From Bryobacteraceae bacterium (lineage in GTDB: Bacteria > Acidobacteriota > Terriglobia > Bryobacterales > Bryobacteraceae), in contig JBKQPG010000044.1 in the NCBI GenBank assembly GCA_052145115.1, positions 2,225 through 66,224 of the forward strand: a stretch of DNA of 64,000 bases, in the 5' to 3' direction. Below are positions 63,331-64,000 of the stretch, in pieces; position 1 is the first letter of the stretch, and every line of letters starts with the position of its first letter. Under the pieces are notes generated by a model that worked only from the letters and a program-made list of their open reading frames with translations, searched no databases and had not been told where the DNA came from. Both the position numbers and the translations under genes were made by a program.

Positions 63331-64000
63331 ATGAAACAAAAGAGTTGGCTCTTCGTGCTGGGGCTCGCGCTGAGTTGCGGATCGGCGCTGGCGCCGGGCG
63401 CCGAGAACGCCGCGCGGTCAGCCGCCGAAAAGCCGGCCAGGCCGAAGCTGGTGCTGGCGGTGGTGATCGACCAGTTCCGCTACGACTACCTGACGCGCTT
63501 CCGCGCCGATTACCACGCCGGGCTGGCGCGGCTGCTGAATGAGGGCGCGGTTTACACCGAGGCGCATTACATCCACTTCCCGACAGTGACCGCGGTGGGC
63601 CATTCGACCTTCATGAGCGGCGCGACACCGTCGGTGAGCGGCATCATCGGCAACGAATGGTACGACCGGGCGGCGAAGTATTCGGTGACCAGCGTATCGG
63701 ACGAGACGACGAAACTCCTCGGCGGCGTGCCGGGGGTTACGGGCTCGTCGCCGCGGCGGCTGCTGGTGAGCACCTTTCCCGACGAGCTCAAGATGGCGGC
63801 GCGCGGCGGGCCGCAAACCAGCCGGGTGATCGGGATTTCCATCAAGGACCGCAGCGCGATTCTGCCCGCCGGGCACATGGCTGACGCGGCCTACTGGTTT
63901 GATGGCGACTCCAGCCATTTCGTGACCAGCGACTACTACATGAGCGAACTCCCCGGCTGGGTGAAGGCGGTGAACGACGCCCGCCCGATGGCGCAATACC
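63331..64000 (+). CDS. Alkaline phosphatase/nucleotide pyrophosphatase-family protein (partial, runs off the window end)
   Basis: My own translation from the ATG at 63331: MKQKSWLFVLGLALSCGSALA...LVLAVVIDQFRYDYL...FPTVTAVGHSTFMSGATPSVSGIIGNEWYD. Not in the track because there is no stop within the window. Confidence 0.75.
   Translation, partial: MKQKSWLFVLGLALSCGSALAPGAENAARSAAEKPARPKLVLAVVIDQFRYDYLTRFRADYHAGLARLLNEGAVYTEAHYIHFPTVTAVGHSTFMSGATPSVSGIIGNEWYDRAAKYSVTSVSDETTKLLGGVPGVTGSSPRRLLVSTFPDELKMAARGGPQTSRVIGISIKDRSAILPAGHMADAAYWFDGDSSHFVTSDYYMSELPGWVKAVNDARPMAQY

Noticed and set aside
1-64000. tRNA, rRNA, tmRNA, transposase, integrase and phage genes
   Set aside because: I scanned the intergenic regions for T-loop-like GGTTCGAAT motifs and the ORF track for DDE, tyrosine-recombinase or phage hallmark motifs, and recognised none. 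Absence is by eye only.

Overview
GC-rich bacterial chromosomal window (most genes look about 65-75% GC by eye; a few islets are nearer 53-57%). The gene content suggests an Acidobacteriota-like soil bacterium: a TonB-dependent receptor with an N-terminal carboxypeptidase-regulatory-like domain, several TPR lipoproteins, MacB/FtsX permeases, an ECF sigma/anti-sigma pair and a large IPT/TIG surface protein. This taxon call is inference only. I support about 55 protein-coding genes, mostly housekeeping or envelope functions: aminotransferases, alpha-glucan phosphorylase, GmhA, ROK kinase, PMM/PGM, MscL, QueG, proline dehydrogenase, a GH36-like glycosidase, a hybrid histidine kinase, and Rrf2, Fur and LytTR regulators. 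I recognised no rRNA, tRNA, CRISPR array, transposase or integrase. Most noteworthy: (1) a 707-aa radical SAM enzyme whose motif order matches the Tes/GDGT-MAS (MJ0619-like) tetraether lipid synthase family. (2) A corrinoid transport cluster whose three cobalamin-enzyme homologs (CobQ-like, CobD-like, CobT-like) all appear to have lost hallmark catalytic motifs. (3) A roughly 155-190 nt non-coding repeat family present in three copies (two in tandem), each in the same orientation upstream of a gene. (4) A phased 11-bp CACGGTG iteron-like array in a convergent intergenic region. (5) Signs of gene decay or remodelling: a tryptophanase stump, an amidohydrolase that keeps only its beta-sandwich, and a frameshifted surface protein. 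(6) A TolC plus MacB-type permease cluster with no ATPase or adaptor, flanked by TPR proteins and a CPBP protease. Because of the high GC there are many very long antisense ORFs in the track, which I treat as artefacts. All family assignments come from motif recognition by eye. No database search was run.
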